Below are positions 30,306 through 39,369 of a DNA stretch of 64,000 bases, one piece after another; position 1 is the first letter of the stretch, and each line of letters starts with the position of its first letter. This DNA comes from a virus. Both the position numbers and the translations under genes were made by a program. Below the pieces are notes generated by a model. It saw only the letters and a program-made list of their open reading frames with translations. It did not search any database and had not been told where the DNA came from. The DNA is taken from positions 92,697 to 156,696 of the IMG/VR virus record IMGVR_UViG_3300045738_002037. One strand, given 5' to 3'.

Positions 30306-32123
30306 TTATATAGATTCTACCACTGAAAATCTGTTAGATCGTTTTACCAACAATTCTTTCGGAAAGACATCTTGCATCATATTACGATGAGATATAATCA
30401 ATATTGATTCAATCCTACTAGATAAATCATTCTTAATGATATTGATTAATGATTCAATGCCATCATCATCCATCCTACCGTCAACTTCATCTAAAACAAG
30501 AACATTACACTGACGACCATACATTTGTTCATGAAGGTCAAACATCGCAAGCATAAAAGCTACATCGGTCCTTTTTCTCTCTCCCCCCGATTGAAATTCA
30601 TAACCCCACATGTTACTAGACACACTTAATGATTTAGTCAAACTAATTTGGATGTCCAGCCCAAAAACACCTAAATAATGTTTCAGCCTATCATTAATAT
30701 AAGGAATATGCTCTTCAAACACATGGCTTTTAATTTTGTTTCTGTCATTATAAACTCTATAGATGTAATTATAATGAGAATACAATATAGCATTGCGCCC
30801 CATGTCTTTTTTAATTTCCTTTTTTTCTTCCTTTAAATTGTTGATTTGTTCCTGCATCGAATTTATCGTGCTAGTATGGGGATTATCCTCAGATTGAATA
30901 TCTTCAAGTTGCTTTTTAAGCCTATTAATCTCTTTATCATGTCGCTCATATTGATCATGTAAAGATTTGGCCTCTATCATATTAGTATCTGGTTTTTTAT
31001 TTTCCAACAATTCTTGCGCATTAGATATTGTCTTCTTAAATTTATCGATCTCCACATTAACAGACTTAATGTTCAAATTATAGTCATTTAATTGTTGTCG
31101 TAATACAACAATTTTATCATTAGTGTGAGAATGCGGGATTTCTTGTTCACATTCCATACACACATTTCCAGACTTTTCTTCCCATAATTCGATCTTACTA
31201 TTGATAACACCGGCTTCAGCAGCAATGGCCGATAATTCTGCGATTTTAGAATTAACTTGCTCTTGCAATATATTGATCTTATCACTAATCTTAGCGATAA
31301 GATCCCATCTTTTTTGTAACTTATCTAAGTCTAATAAATTGATAGAATCTCTACTTAATATTTCCTGTTTAATTAAATCATTGCAACTATCGATTCGCTG
31401 TTTCCTTTTATCCTCATAGCTTTCTGTTGATTCTTTAATCTTCAAAATTTCTAATTCAAAGCTTTGTATATTATTGTTTATTATTTCCAATTTTTTATTA
31501 TTAACAATAGAATCATTGTCAATAACGGCACATTTATCCTTAGCGATAGCAGCATAGTAGCTAAAACGATCAACATGCAATGTCCGCTCTATAGCCTTTT
31601 TCCTAGTATTATCCGCCATTTCCAACCATGGTCGACCATACTGTGTGAAAAATACTGAACCACAAAATAGCTCCCAATCTAAATTAAACGCCCTCTCTAA
31701 TTCAGACTGTTGATTTCTGGCAGTTGATAATGTTGCGCCAATGGTCTGGTTCTCATCGCCATCCTTAACATAAATAAGTTCATTTTTGCCATCTGTATTG
31801 CGTGTGCGAGTGACACTATCACCATTCTTAAATTTCACAGTGACAGCACAATCTTTCCCAGAATAATAATTAACAACCTTATCGCCTGGACTGGCGGAAT
31901 GCATGGTCTTACCGAACAAGCACCATAATATCGCATTGGGTATACATGATTTTCCAGCGCCGTTGGATCTATTCTTGTTAATATCTTCAGCGTATGGAGA
32001 CTCTAATTCTTCTTGAATCTCCCCTACTATTAAGCACTGGCCAAGATTAGATAATTCTATGGTGGTCTGGTAATCACCATATGACATAAAATTCTTAAAA
32101 GTAACTGAGTCTAATTCTATCAT
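30306..32123 (-). CDS. Rad50/SbcC-like recombination ATPase (T4 gp46-like)
   Basis: FKNFMSYG, Walker A NGAGKS, coiled coil with CMEC zinc hook, signature SGGERKR, Walker B LVLDEVD, ISH. Confidence 0.93.
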   Translation of the reverse strand: MIELDSVTFKNFMSYGDYQTTIELSNLGQCLIVGEIQEELESPYAEDINKNRSNGAGKSCIPNAILWCLFGKTMHSASPGDKVVNYYSGKDCAVTVKFKNGDSVTRTRNTDGKNELIYVKDGDENQTIGATLSTARNQQSELERAFNLDWELFCGSVFFTQYGRPWLEMADNTRKKAIERTLHVDRFSYYAAIAKDKCAVIDNDSIVNNKKLEIINNNIQSFELEILKIKESTESYEDKRKQRIDSCNDLIKQEILSRDSINLLDLDKLQKRWDLIAKISDKINILQEQVNSKIAELSAIAAEAGVINSKIELWEEKSGNVCMECEQEIPHSHTNDKIVVLRQQLNDYNLNIKSVNVEIDKFKKTISNAQELLENKKPDTNMIEAKSLHDQYERHDKEINRLKKQLEDIQSEDNPHTSTINSMQEQINNLKEEKKEIKKDMGRNAILYSHYNYIYRVYNDRNKIKSHVFEEHIPYINDRLKHYLGVFGLDIQISLTKSLSVSSNMWGYEFQSGGERKRTDVAFMLAMFDLHEQMYGRQCNVLVLDEVDGRMDDDGIESLINIIKNDLSSRIESILIISHRNMMQDVFPKELLVKRSNRFSVVESI

Positions 32124-32221
32124 TATTATTCATACATGAATGTGCTAGCTAATATTTTATAAAATACAACCAACTATTGAAATTAAAGATATTATAAAAG
32201 AATACTCTATGGGACAACATA

Positions 32222-32629
32222 ATGCCATATATAAAAAACGAAGATAGAAAAGAATTAAACGATAAAATTTACGCATTAGTCGATTCTATAAATGATACCT
32301 CTGAAGACAATATTGAAGGTGTTCTCAATTACGTAATAACAACCTTACTGACAAGCTCTGTACGGCCAAATGATAAAAAATGGAGATATAAAATCTTTAA
32401 CAGGGCTATCGGGATCCTCGAATGCGCAAAACTAGAATTTTATCGTCGATTAATTAGTCAATATGAAGAAAAATGCATCGATGACAATGGTGATGTCAAA
32501 GCATACAAAGAATGCTTGAAAGATATTAAATCACAAAAAAGAGAAACAAATGTGCCAGAAGAAGGCGGGATATGGGTAGCATACGGCGAATTTGGATACC
32601 CAAAATTCCAAAATAACCATGAAAATTGA
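32222..32629 (+). CDS. conserved phage helical protein (MPYIK...LNY...LECAKLEFYRR...NGDV family)
   Basis: Recognisable motif set of a common uncharacterised phage family. Confidence 0.7.
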   Translation: MPYIKNEDRKELNDKIYALVDSINDTSEDNIEGVLNYVITTLLTSSVRPNDKKWRYKIFNRAIGILECAKLEFYRRLISQYEEKCIDDNGDVKAYKECLKDIKSQKRETNVPEEGGIWVAYGEFGYPKFQNNHEN

Positions 32630-32999
32630 CCCTAAACAAATCGCTAAGATGATAACGGAAGACCCGGATGAGGTTAATCCGTTAGACAATATAATAGACA
32701 CATTTGAAAAAGGTCTAGGCGAGCACGACAGGGACGTTGGCTCTGATGAAATGCATGCTTTCGGTGAAATTATAACAGATCATCTTAATTATAATCATCA
32801 TTCTCCAGCAGACTTCAGAGATTTTGAATTTATGACAATACGCGGAGGCCCAGATGACGCAATGTGGAGTGTCGGCAATCAAAATTTTAGCTATGGCCAC
32901 CCCGAGGAAACATTTGCAGAATTTATGGGAGTTGTTTATTACGACGATGACCGCATATGGAAATATGAATGGCATGATCGATCCCAAACAAATCGCTAG
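32619..32999 (+). CDS. tag-family protein (MKIDPKQIAKMITEDPDEVNPLDNIID + payload A)
   Basis: Start reassigned to ATG 32619 at the tag; payload is duplicated in the next gene. Confidence 0.8.
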   Translation: MKIDPKQIAKMITEDPDEVNPLDNIIDTFEKGLGEHDRDVGSDEMHAFGEIITDHLNYNHHSPADFRDFEFMTIRGGPDDAMWSVGNQNFSYGHPEETFAEFMGVVYYDDDRIWKYEWHDRSQTNR

Positions 33000-33332
33000 A
33001 ATGATAACGGAAGATCCGGATGAGATCAATCCGTTAGATGATATAGAAGATACGTACTTTCCCTCCCAAGATAATCCAGACGAACATGCCCCGATGAATG
33101 TTGCCTTTGATGAAATGCACGCCTTTGGTGAAATTATAGCAGATTATCTTAATTATAACCATCATTCTCCAGCAGACTTCACAGATTTTGAAGATATGAC
33201 AATACACGGAGGCCCAGATGACGCAATGTGGAGTGTTGATAATCAAAATTTTAGCTATGGCCACCCCGTGTATCAAGAATTTATGGGAGCTGTTTATTAC
33301 GACGATGACCGCATATGGAAATATGAATGGCA
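32744..33332 (+). repeat. ~230-bp direct duplication (32744-32974 vs 33108-33332)
   Basis: Near-identical by direct comparison, with scattered substitutions and one short indel. Confidence 0.92.
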
Positions 33333-33345
33333 AGACCACGCATGA
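32974..33345 (+). CDS. tag-family protein (MIDPKQIARMITEDPDEINPLDDIED + payload A')
   Basis: Start reassigned to ATG 32974; 33108-33332 is a near-identical copy of 32744-32974. Confidence 0.8.
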   Translation: MIDPKQIARMITEDPDEINPLDDIEDTYFPSQDNPDEHAPMNVAFDEMHAFGEIIADYLNYNHHSPADFTDFEDMTIHGGPDDAMWSVDNQNFSYGHPVYQEFMGAVYYDDDRIWKYEWQDHA

Positions 33346-33701
33346 AAATTGATCCCAAACAAATAGCCAAGATGATAACGGAAGATCCGAATGAGATCAA
33401 TCCGTTAGATGATATAGAAGATATGTACTTTCCCTCCCAGCAAGGAATTCGTTTCGTGCTTTGTCCCGAATGCGGTAGGGAAATCACAGACGAAGACGAC
33501 ATGGCATATTGTGATGCTGGCCATTTTCCGGACCCTGTCACAGGCACATATTGCCATAATAAAATTTGCAAAATTTCCTGTTTAGATGTTCACAAGACAG
33601 GAATGTCGCCATCTGGGTGGTTTACAGATGTTGACATGGGTGAATGGTACTGCCCCGATCATGCTGCAGAAGCTCAACAAGAAAGATTCGACCGGGGTTA
33701 A
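33342..33701 (+). CDS. tag-family protein with Cys/His zinc-finger payload
   Basis: ATGA overlap with the previous stop; tag followed by CPEC..C..H..C..CKISC..CPDH. Confidence 0.8.
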   Translation: MKIDPKQIAKMITEDPNEINPLDDIEDMYFPSQQGIRFVLCPECGREITDEDDMAYCDAGHFPDPVTGTYCHNKICKISCLDVHKTGMSPSGWFTDVDMGEWYCPDHAAEAQQERFDRG

Positions 33702-33720
33702 TCAAACTTTACGTCGGCTC

Positions 33721-35478
33721 TTAACCTTCGTCTATTAAGGCTTCTTTAAACCAATCCGGAAGCATCTTATCGGCATCTCGCAAAAATTTGTATATCGCCT
33801 CGTCAATAATATAAGTCTTCGCCCAATCGTCAACACTTCTGACGCTACGGCCATATGATTGCACAAGCTTTAAAGCCGTCAACCATACGTAATATTTTCT
33901 ATCAACTTCAACCCTAGCAGCAAGTTGCTTATCATCAAAGCAATTAGCATATGGAATTTTACAAATAATCTGAAATCTACTTAAATCATCATATAAATCC
34001 ACACCTTCATGCATGGCTGGCGCTATAATAACACCATTGTGACTTTTAGCATGCTCTTCTAACATATACTTCTTGTTGTTATAGTAATCACGCTGAAAGA
34101 AAAATCGATTTCTAATATACGGATCGCATTTTTCCTTCAACAAGTTCGCTATTGCAAAATTGTGAGTGTGAACTATGCCGCGCTCCTCACTGTGTTCTGC
34201 CATTATGTCATTTACTGCGGCTACTAATTTGTCTCCCCATTCGCTATGCATCTTCTTTACACCACCAACCATTCTCGCAGCGGGCCTAATAAAAATCGGC
34301 CTATTTTCAACAGGAAATCTGTTCTTCATCCGGTAAGCAGCTATTTCATCCCTGTTCAATCCTAAAGACTTACACATCACACCGACATCAAGAACAGTAG
34401 CGCTCATCATGAGTATTCTATCAGCATACTTAAACAACAAACTATCAGCATAATTCTGAATGAAAATCGGTTTTAATGTTACTGACTTATGAGAAGGTTG
34501 GCCATATTCGCCGCCGGTTTCCTTATATTCCACTATCCAGTTGCTACCCGACTCTTCAACGTGATCTACAAACATTTGAAACTTATGGTGAAGCCTCTTA
34601 ATTTCATCTTCAAGAGCAGTATCTTCTGATTCACGAGCTTGCATGATAATCTGATTTAAGACATTTGGAATATCACAATCAGCATACCATTCGGCATACT
34701 TATAGGCATTATCATACTCTGGAATTTCAACACCATGTTTTTGCAATTGAACGTCGTTCAATGTTACTGACACAAAATCCAATAATTGCGGTTCTACATT
34801 ATGACATTCATCAATAATCAGCATGCCTCTTGGCTCATCAAACCTTTTCGTCATTTGAGTTTGATATAAAAAGCTTGAAAAATTCATAACCACATTGTGA
34901 TTATTAATAGCTTGATAAACCTGTTCATAATAAGGGCATGCGCTATATTGAGACCCAGCAGGTAATACTTCCAAATATCCCGCTACTGGCCCGCTTGGAG
35001 TAAAACAATCAAGACATTTATAACCTTGTTTCCGTTTTCTACAAAATCCGGCATCACAACTTGATCTTTCAGATAGTGCTTTAGATAATGACTTCTTAGT
35101 CATCAATTTTCTATCAATAAGCTTATCGCCCATTCTCTCATAAAACGTGCATGGATAAGCATTGCGGCCTTTTAATTCGGTAACATCGTCAAAGTCGCTA
35201 GCCAACTGATCTTGCAATATTTTAGTGATGGTTAAATAGTAAGCGTTTCTGGAAAGATTGGCCATCGCCATCCCTATAGGCGACTTGCCGCTGCCAGTCG
35301 GGCATTCTAAAATAACTAATTTTTTACCATCTAAAAATGCCTTTACCGCAAACTCTATAACTTCTTTTTGTCCATCCCGATAGTTTTCTTTTGGGAAACA
35401 ATCATCAATATGCGAAAGCGGGTCGTCGGCGTATCGATGATCCCAAAATTTCTGTCGAATTTCTGTCTTCACAAGCAT
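33721..35478 (-). CDS. DinG/XPD-family SF2 helicase
   Basis: Q motif YRDGQ, CPTGSGKS, LKGRNAYPC, Cys cluster with CPYY, IIDECH, MSAT, EGVD, LVQSYGRSVRS. Confidence 0.9.
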   Translation of the reverse strand: MLVKTEIRQKFWDHRYADDPLSHIDDCFPKENYRDGQKEVIEFAVKAFLDGKKLVILECPTGSGKSPIGMAMANLSRNAYYLTITKILQDQLASDFDDVTELKGRNAYPCTFYERMGDKLIDRKLMTKKSLSKALSERSSCDAGFCRKRKQGYKCLDCFTPSGPVAGYLEVLPAGSQYSACPYYEQVYQAINNHNVVMNFSSFLYQTQMTKRFDEPRGMLIIDECHNVEPQLLDFVSVTLNDVQLQKHGVEIPEYDNAYKYAEWYADCDIPNVLNQIIMQARESEDTALEDEIKRLHHKFQMFVDHVEESGSNWIVEYKETGGEYGQPSHKSVTLKPIFIQNYADSLLFKYADRILMMSATVLDVGVMCKSLGLNRDEIAAYRMKNRFPVENRPIFIRPAARMVGGVKKMHSEWGDKLVAAVNDIMAEHSEERGIVHTHNFAIANLLKEKCDPYIRNRFFFQRDYYNNKKYMLEEHAKSHNGVIIAPAMHEGVDLYDDLSRFQIICKIPYANCFDDKQLAARVEVDRKYYVWLTALKLVQSYGRSVRSVDDWAKTYIIDEAIYKFLRDADKMLPDWFKEALIDEG

Positions 35479-35538
35479 TATCCTTATATTAAATAGTTCT
35501 CAAATACTAGTAGTATTTAAAAGAATTAAGGAGACAAT

Positions 35539-36633
35539 ATGTCAAATAAAATCATAATCGCGGCTGACACGCACTTCGGTGTACAAGGAAGACTTGACGA
35601 TATTTTATGGTCAGTCAGAGTAATAAGGGAATATTGCCGCCTGGCAGACATTAATACGGTGATAATAGCTGGCGATTTATTCCACGACAGAAAATCAATT
35701 GATATTGAAGTAATGAGTAAAACTTGTGATTTCTTCGAAGAAACACAAGAAAAATTTAACCAACAGTGGATTGCGTTCCCAGGCAACCACGATATGTTCT
35801 TGCGCCATTCGTGGGACATCAACAGCCTGCGCGCAATGAGCAAGCATATGACAATCATAGAAGATGTCAAAATACTAAAAATAAATGACACAAGATTTTG
35901 GATATTGCCTTTCATCACATATGAAAAATCTTATATGCGGGTATTGGATAAAATTAATGAACAATACCAAGAAGGAGATATCCTCCTTACCCATATTGGC
36001 GTAAAAGGAGCCGTATTAAACTCATGCTTTTTACTTAAAGATTGGTCAACGGTATCGTTCGAAGACAGTCCGTTTCATCGAGTTTATACTGGACATTTTC
36101 ACTGTCAACAACAAGTTGGAGAAAATGTATGGTACCCCGGCTCACTAATACCATTTAAATTCGATGAAGGAAACATTTCCCACGGTTTTTATGTTTATGA
36201 TCTAGACGAAGATTCTCATAAATTTATTAATATATGGAAAGCTGGAGCGAAATTCTTCCCAGACGAACCAGCACCACCACAATTTTTAACAATCACTGAT
36301 GACAGCATTGAGAAGATAACAAGTGAAGACGTATCTGGTAATCTTGTTAGAATAGCTCTATCACGCGATTACGCCCATAGCGACAAACAAGAATTTAAAG
36401 ATTATATAATGAACTTAGGAGCTAAAGCCGTCAGGTGGATGCAACTAAAAGAAAAACAAATTGACATAAAACCACAAGAAACAGCACTTAATAATAAAGA
36501 CCTTTTCGTAACGTATATCGAATCCGACGATAAAGGCACTAAGGAATTAAATTTAAAAATTCTAAAAAAATTAAATGAAGACGTTATGAAAGAAGGCGAT
36601 GAAAAATACGCCGTAGACAGCCAGAATTATTAA
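35539..36633 (+). CDS. Mre11/SbcD-like nuclease (T4 gp47-like)
   Basis: ADTHFG, AGDLFHDR, PGNHD, GHFH, YPGS metallophosphoesterase motifs; AGGAG SD. Confidence 0.92.
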   Translation: MSNKIIIAADTHFGVQGRLDDILWSVRVIREYCRLADINTVIIAGDLFHDRKSIDIEVMSKTCDFFEETQEKFNQQWIAFPGNHDMFLRHSWDINSLRAMSKHMTIIEDVKILKINDTRFWILPFITYEKSYMRVLDKINEQYQEGDILLTHIGVKGAVLNSCFLLKDWSTVSFEDSPFHRVYTGHFHCQQQVGENVWYPGSLIPFKFDEGNISHGFYVYDLDEDSHKFINIWKAGAKFFPDEPAPPQFLTITDDSIEKITSEDVSGNLVRIALSRDYAHSDKQEFKDYIMNLGAKAVRWMQLKEKQIDIKPQETALNNKDLFVTYIESDDKGTKELNLKILKKLNEDVMKEGDEKYAVDSQNY

Positions 36634-36684
36634 CCAAGTTACTGAAAATAATTTCTAACGTGGCAAGCGATTCCCTCGCGAATA

Positions 36685-37245
36685 TTATGGGAGAGGCGTA
36701 TCTGGATATCTTTGAAAAAGCCAGAAAATAACAGCATTCACAATATTTTGCGAATCATATAAAAACAATTTTTTCATGGGACCCTGCCAGCAGTTGCCTG
36801 GTTCATCCCATCGACCGGGCTTCGACCAAAGAAACCCACTTCCCCCACTTCTTGCCACCGAAACAACACCGTGATTACGACGGTTTAAAATGAATTTTCC
36901 GTAAAATTCTCTCCATGGATAGCCAGATTTTAATTGTCCTTCGACACCACCTTTGTCAAGATGTCCATAAATTGCTTCTCCTCGAATTAAGCATTTTATG
37001 TCTGGAATTCCAAATGTATCTTCTATATTATCTAACGGATTATCTAAAACAGAAATTTCTTCTTCTTCACGTTCAATTTCAACATTTCTAACAAATATGA
37101 TCCGACGTTTTAATGGACGAGGGTCATTTGGATAGTTCGGGGAAATATAGTTACCATGTACTTTTGGGCTGCCCATAACGGAAATTATGTCATTGAACAG
37201 GGGATGCTGAAAGCTTCCCTCATTTAGTATTCGCGAAAGTTTCAT
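36685..37245 (-). CDS. MKLSRILNE-leader protein with internal NPLDNIED tag
   Basis: First 25+ nt identical to the start of 37242..37892; internal DNPLDNIEDTF. Confidence 0.75.
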   Translation of the reverse strand: MKLSRILNEGSFQHPLFNDIISVMGSPKVHGNYISPNYPNDPRPLKRRIIFVRNVEIEREEEEISVLDNPLDNIEDTFGIPDIKCLIRGEAIYGHLDKGGVEGQLKSGYPWREFYGKFILNRRNHGVVSVARSGGSGFLWSKPGRWDEPGNCWQGPMKKLFLYDSQNIVNAVIFWLFQRYPDTPLP

Positions 37246-37892
37246 TTATATTTTTCATAATGTCTATTAAAGACCGGGAACACAATTATATCTATTATAT
37301 TGCCAATCGCATTGGTTGACACGCTCGGCGAATAACCAGCTTCAATTTGCACATCTTTCTCGTCTGCACCAATCCTTGGTTCGGGAGTAAGATGTGCTTC
37401 AAACTCTCCGTAAAACGGTTGGTACGCACCCGACTGGAAACGACGTTGCCGGAGGTCCTTTTTGGGGAGCGCATCGATGTTTCGCCGCTGGGGTAATAAA
37501 TCCGTTGGAATAGGAACTGTAGTAGAAAATTGTCCATAAATCTTACAGGGAATTATTTCTATATCACCCTCAAATTCATCGGCATCTTCAAGATCCGCAT
37601 ATTCACCGTTTAGTGGGTTTTCGGATGTTTGAGGGTCAAATGATATAGAATGATCGGCAGGCAAAGCACTAAGATCGGGCAAAGCACTAAGATCGGGCAA
37701 AATAACAATATCCTTGATTTTTATGTCATACCCAACAGCAAACATCCAGTGGTCAACCACATTAATAGGCCCAGGTATATCAAATTTATAAGCAGCCCAA
37801 TGATCATAATCTGGATATGGCGTGGTTTTGAATTGTACACGTTCCCATTCTTTGCGAGCCGTTTCTTCATTTAGTATTCGCGAAAGTTTCAT
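37242..37892 (-). CDS. MKLSRILNE-leader protein with internal NPLNGEYADLEDADEF tag
   Basis: Paralogue-like to the downstream gene (C.IxG, SG..xxFYGxF); contains an 18-bp tandem repeat (LPDLSA x2). Confidence 0.75.
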   Translation of the reverse strand: MKLSRILNEETARKEWERVQFKTTPYPDYDHWAAYKFDIPGPINVVDHWMFAVGYDIKIKDIVILPDLSALPDLSALPADHSISFDPQTSENPLNGEYADLEDADEFEGDIEIIPCKIYGQFSTTVPIPTDLLPQRRNIDALPKKDLRQRRFQSGAYQPFYGEFEAHLTPEPRIGADEKDVQIEAGYSPSVSTNAIGNIIDIIVFPVFNRHYEKYK

Positions 37893-37929
37893 ATTCTATT
37901 TTTGATACTCCAATAAGTATTTAATTAAT

Positions 37930-38580
37930 GACGGTTCCCAACAACCGTTAACAGAGAAAGTTTCTGTTACATAGCGGAACAATTATCCGCTGAGTTTTCA
38001 TTATGTTTGGGATGATCGAATCGGTTTTTAGAGTGTTCTTTCCAGTTCGATCAAGCAATCACAGGAAGTGGTTAGTAAAAAGCAACACTTGGACGCGCAC
38101 ATGCTGATAAAGATTATCAGTGTCCGAATTTTCCCAAACCTCTAATGAGCTGTTCAATAATTTTGTTGGGACTGATCGATATAATGACGACAGAAGTTTG
38201 ACAACGCCTGAATACTAAAAGATTGCACGGAAGCTTGATTCGGTCCCTCTCTTGACCATCTCTAAAACATTTGCCAATATCTTGAATTTGCCAATCTTAT
38301 TTCTGTCGGTGGGTATCGACAATCACTTAGTAATTATTGACGGCAAATCGACACTTCCGAGACACCAAAGGATTGATAGAGTGTACGGCTCCGTTGGCGC
38401 GGAGTGATAACGGCGGAAGTACGGCGTAAGGTTCGACCAACAACTAAGCTCTCCCCCCTAACTGGCTAATGTTGGTGCTCCCTTGCGATCCATCTTGGCA
38501 TCAGTGTGATACCGAAATCATATTAGTCGCAAGATCGTTTTTCGTTTTTAAAGTTTTTTACTAACGGGAACGGGGGGAGC
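37930..38580 (+). ncRNA. putative large structured non-coding RNA (~650 nt), family unassigned
   Basis: No ORF of 60 aa or more in ~700 bp of an otherwise densely coding genome. More than 12 nested perfect 6-9 bp stems and three crossing pairings. G-U extensions and an upstream GTATTTAAT favour the + strand. Confidence 0.7.
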
Positions 38581-38596
38581 CAAAATATATTAACTA

Positions 38597-39028
38597 TCAA
38601 TTTCCATGAGTTATGCGTATATCCAACGGGGGTTCACCGGGGATCCATCCGTCATCGGTATACCAAGCGTGACCGGCCATGCCTTTGACCACAATGGCCC
38701 ATTCATTTTCATTATTAATTTCTATTTCATAAGTGTCGTCGATCCCCCAATGTTCGTTTTTAGGATCATCTATTGTTGTTATATAATCCAGCGACTCACC
38801 GTCGTCTATATATAATGTTCCAAGCTTGCCATGGCCCGCCGCAGTATATCCAGCTTCAACATTGTAATAATTGAGTGTGCCTGCGAGGTCGGCTTCCACC
38901 GTGTCGGCAAAGACGTTTTTCTCGAACTCATCGGCATCTTCAAGATCCTCATACTCATCGTCTAACGGATTAACTTCATCCGGATCTTCCGTTATCATCT
39001 TAGCTATTTGTTTAGGGTCAACATTCAT
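38597..39028 (-). CDS. tag-family protein (type B tag, NPLDDEYEDLEDADEF)
   Basis: Start reassigned to ATG 39028 (MNVDPKQIAKMITEDPD). Confidence 0.8.
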   Translation of the reverse strand: MNVDPKQIAKMITEDPDEVNPLDDEYEDLEDADEFEKNVFADTVEADLAGTLNYYNVEAGYTAAGHGKLGTLYIDDGESLDYITTIDDPKNEHWGIDDTYEIEINNENEWAIVVKGMAGHAWYTDDGWIPGEPPLDIRITHGN

Positions 39029-39041
39029 GCAATATAACTGT

Positions 39042-39362
39042 TTAATAATCCCAAGATCCTGTCCCACATGTCGGACACTCGATCATTCTTGTCAAATCCG
39101 TTTGCATAGCATCTTCTGGGTCAGACCAATTAAATGATTCATATCCTTCTACGTCGAATCGATCACTTTTATCCACACATTTATCACACCAAGGAGAATC
39201 GCATCTACAATAAAACATTTCCCCTGACCAATAGCTTTTAGCACAACCACTACAAAAATCATGTCCTTCCGGAACAAATGTATCTTCTATATTATCTAGC
39301 GGATTGATCTCATCCGGATCTTCCGAAATCATTCTGGCTATTTTTTTGGGGTCAATTTTCAT
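39042..39362 (-). CDS. tag-family protein with 8-Cys zinc-finger payload
   Basis: Start ATG 39362 (MKIDPKKIARMISEDPD); CSGC..CRC..CDKC..CPTC. Confidence 0.8.
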   Translation of the reverse strand: MKIDPKKIARMISEDPDEINPLDNIEDTFVPEGHDFCSGCAKSYWSGEMFYCRCDSPWCDKCVDKSDRFDVEGYESFNWSDPEDAMQTDLTRMIECPTCGTGSWDY

Positions 39363-39369
39363 TTGTTTG

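Noticed and set aside
32744-33332. Duplicated segment as a DGR template/variable repeat pair
   Set aside because: Differences are mostly C/T plus G/C, G/A and an indel, not adenine-specific. Both copies are coding, and no reverse transcriptase is in the window.
37930-38580. RNase P RNA, tmRNA or a group I/II intron
   Set aside because: I found no GAGGAAAGUCC/P4 signature, tRNA-like ends, domain V or P7 consensus on either strand, and it does not interrupt a gene. A covariance-model search is still needed.
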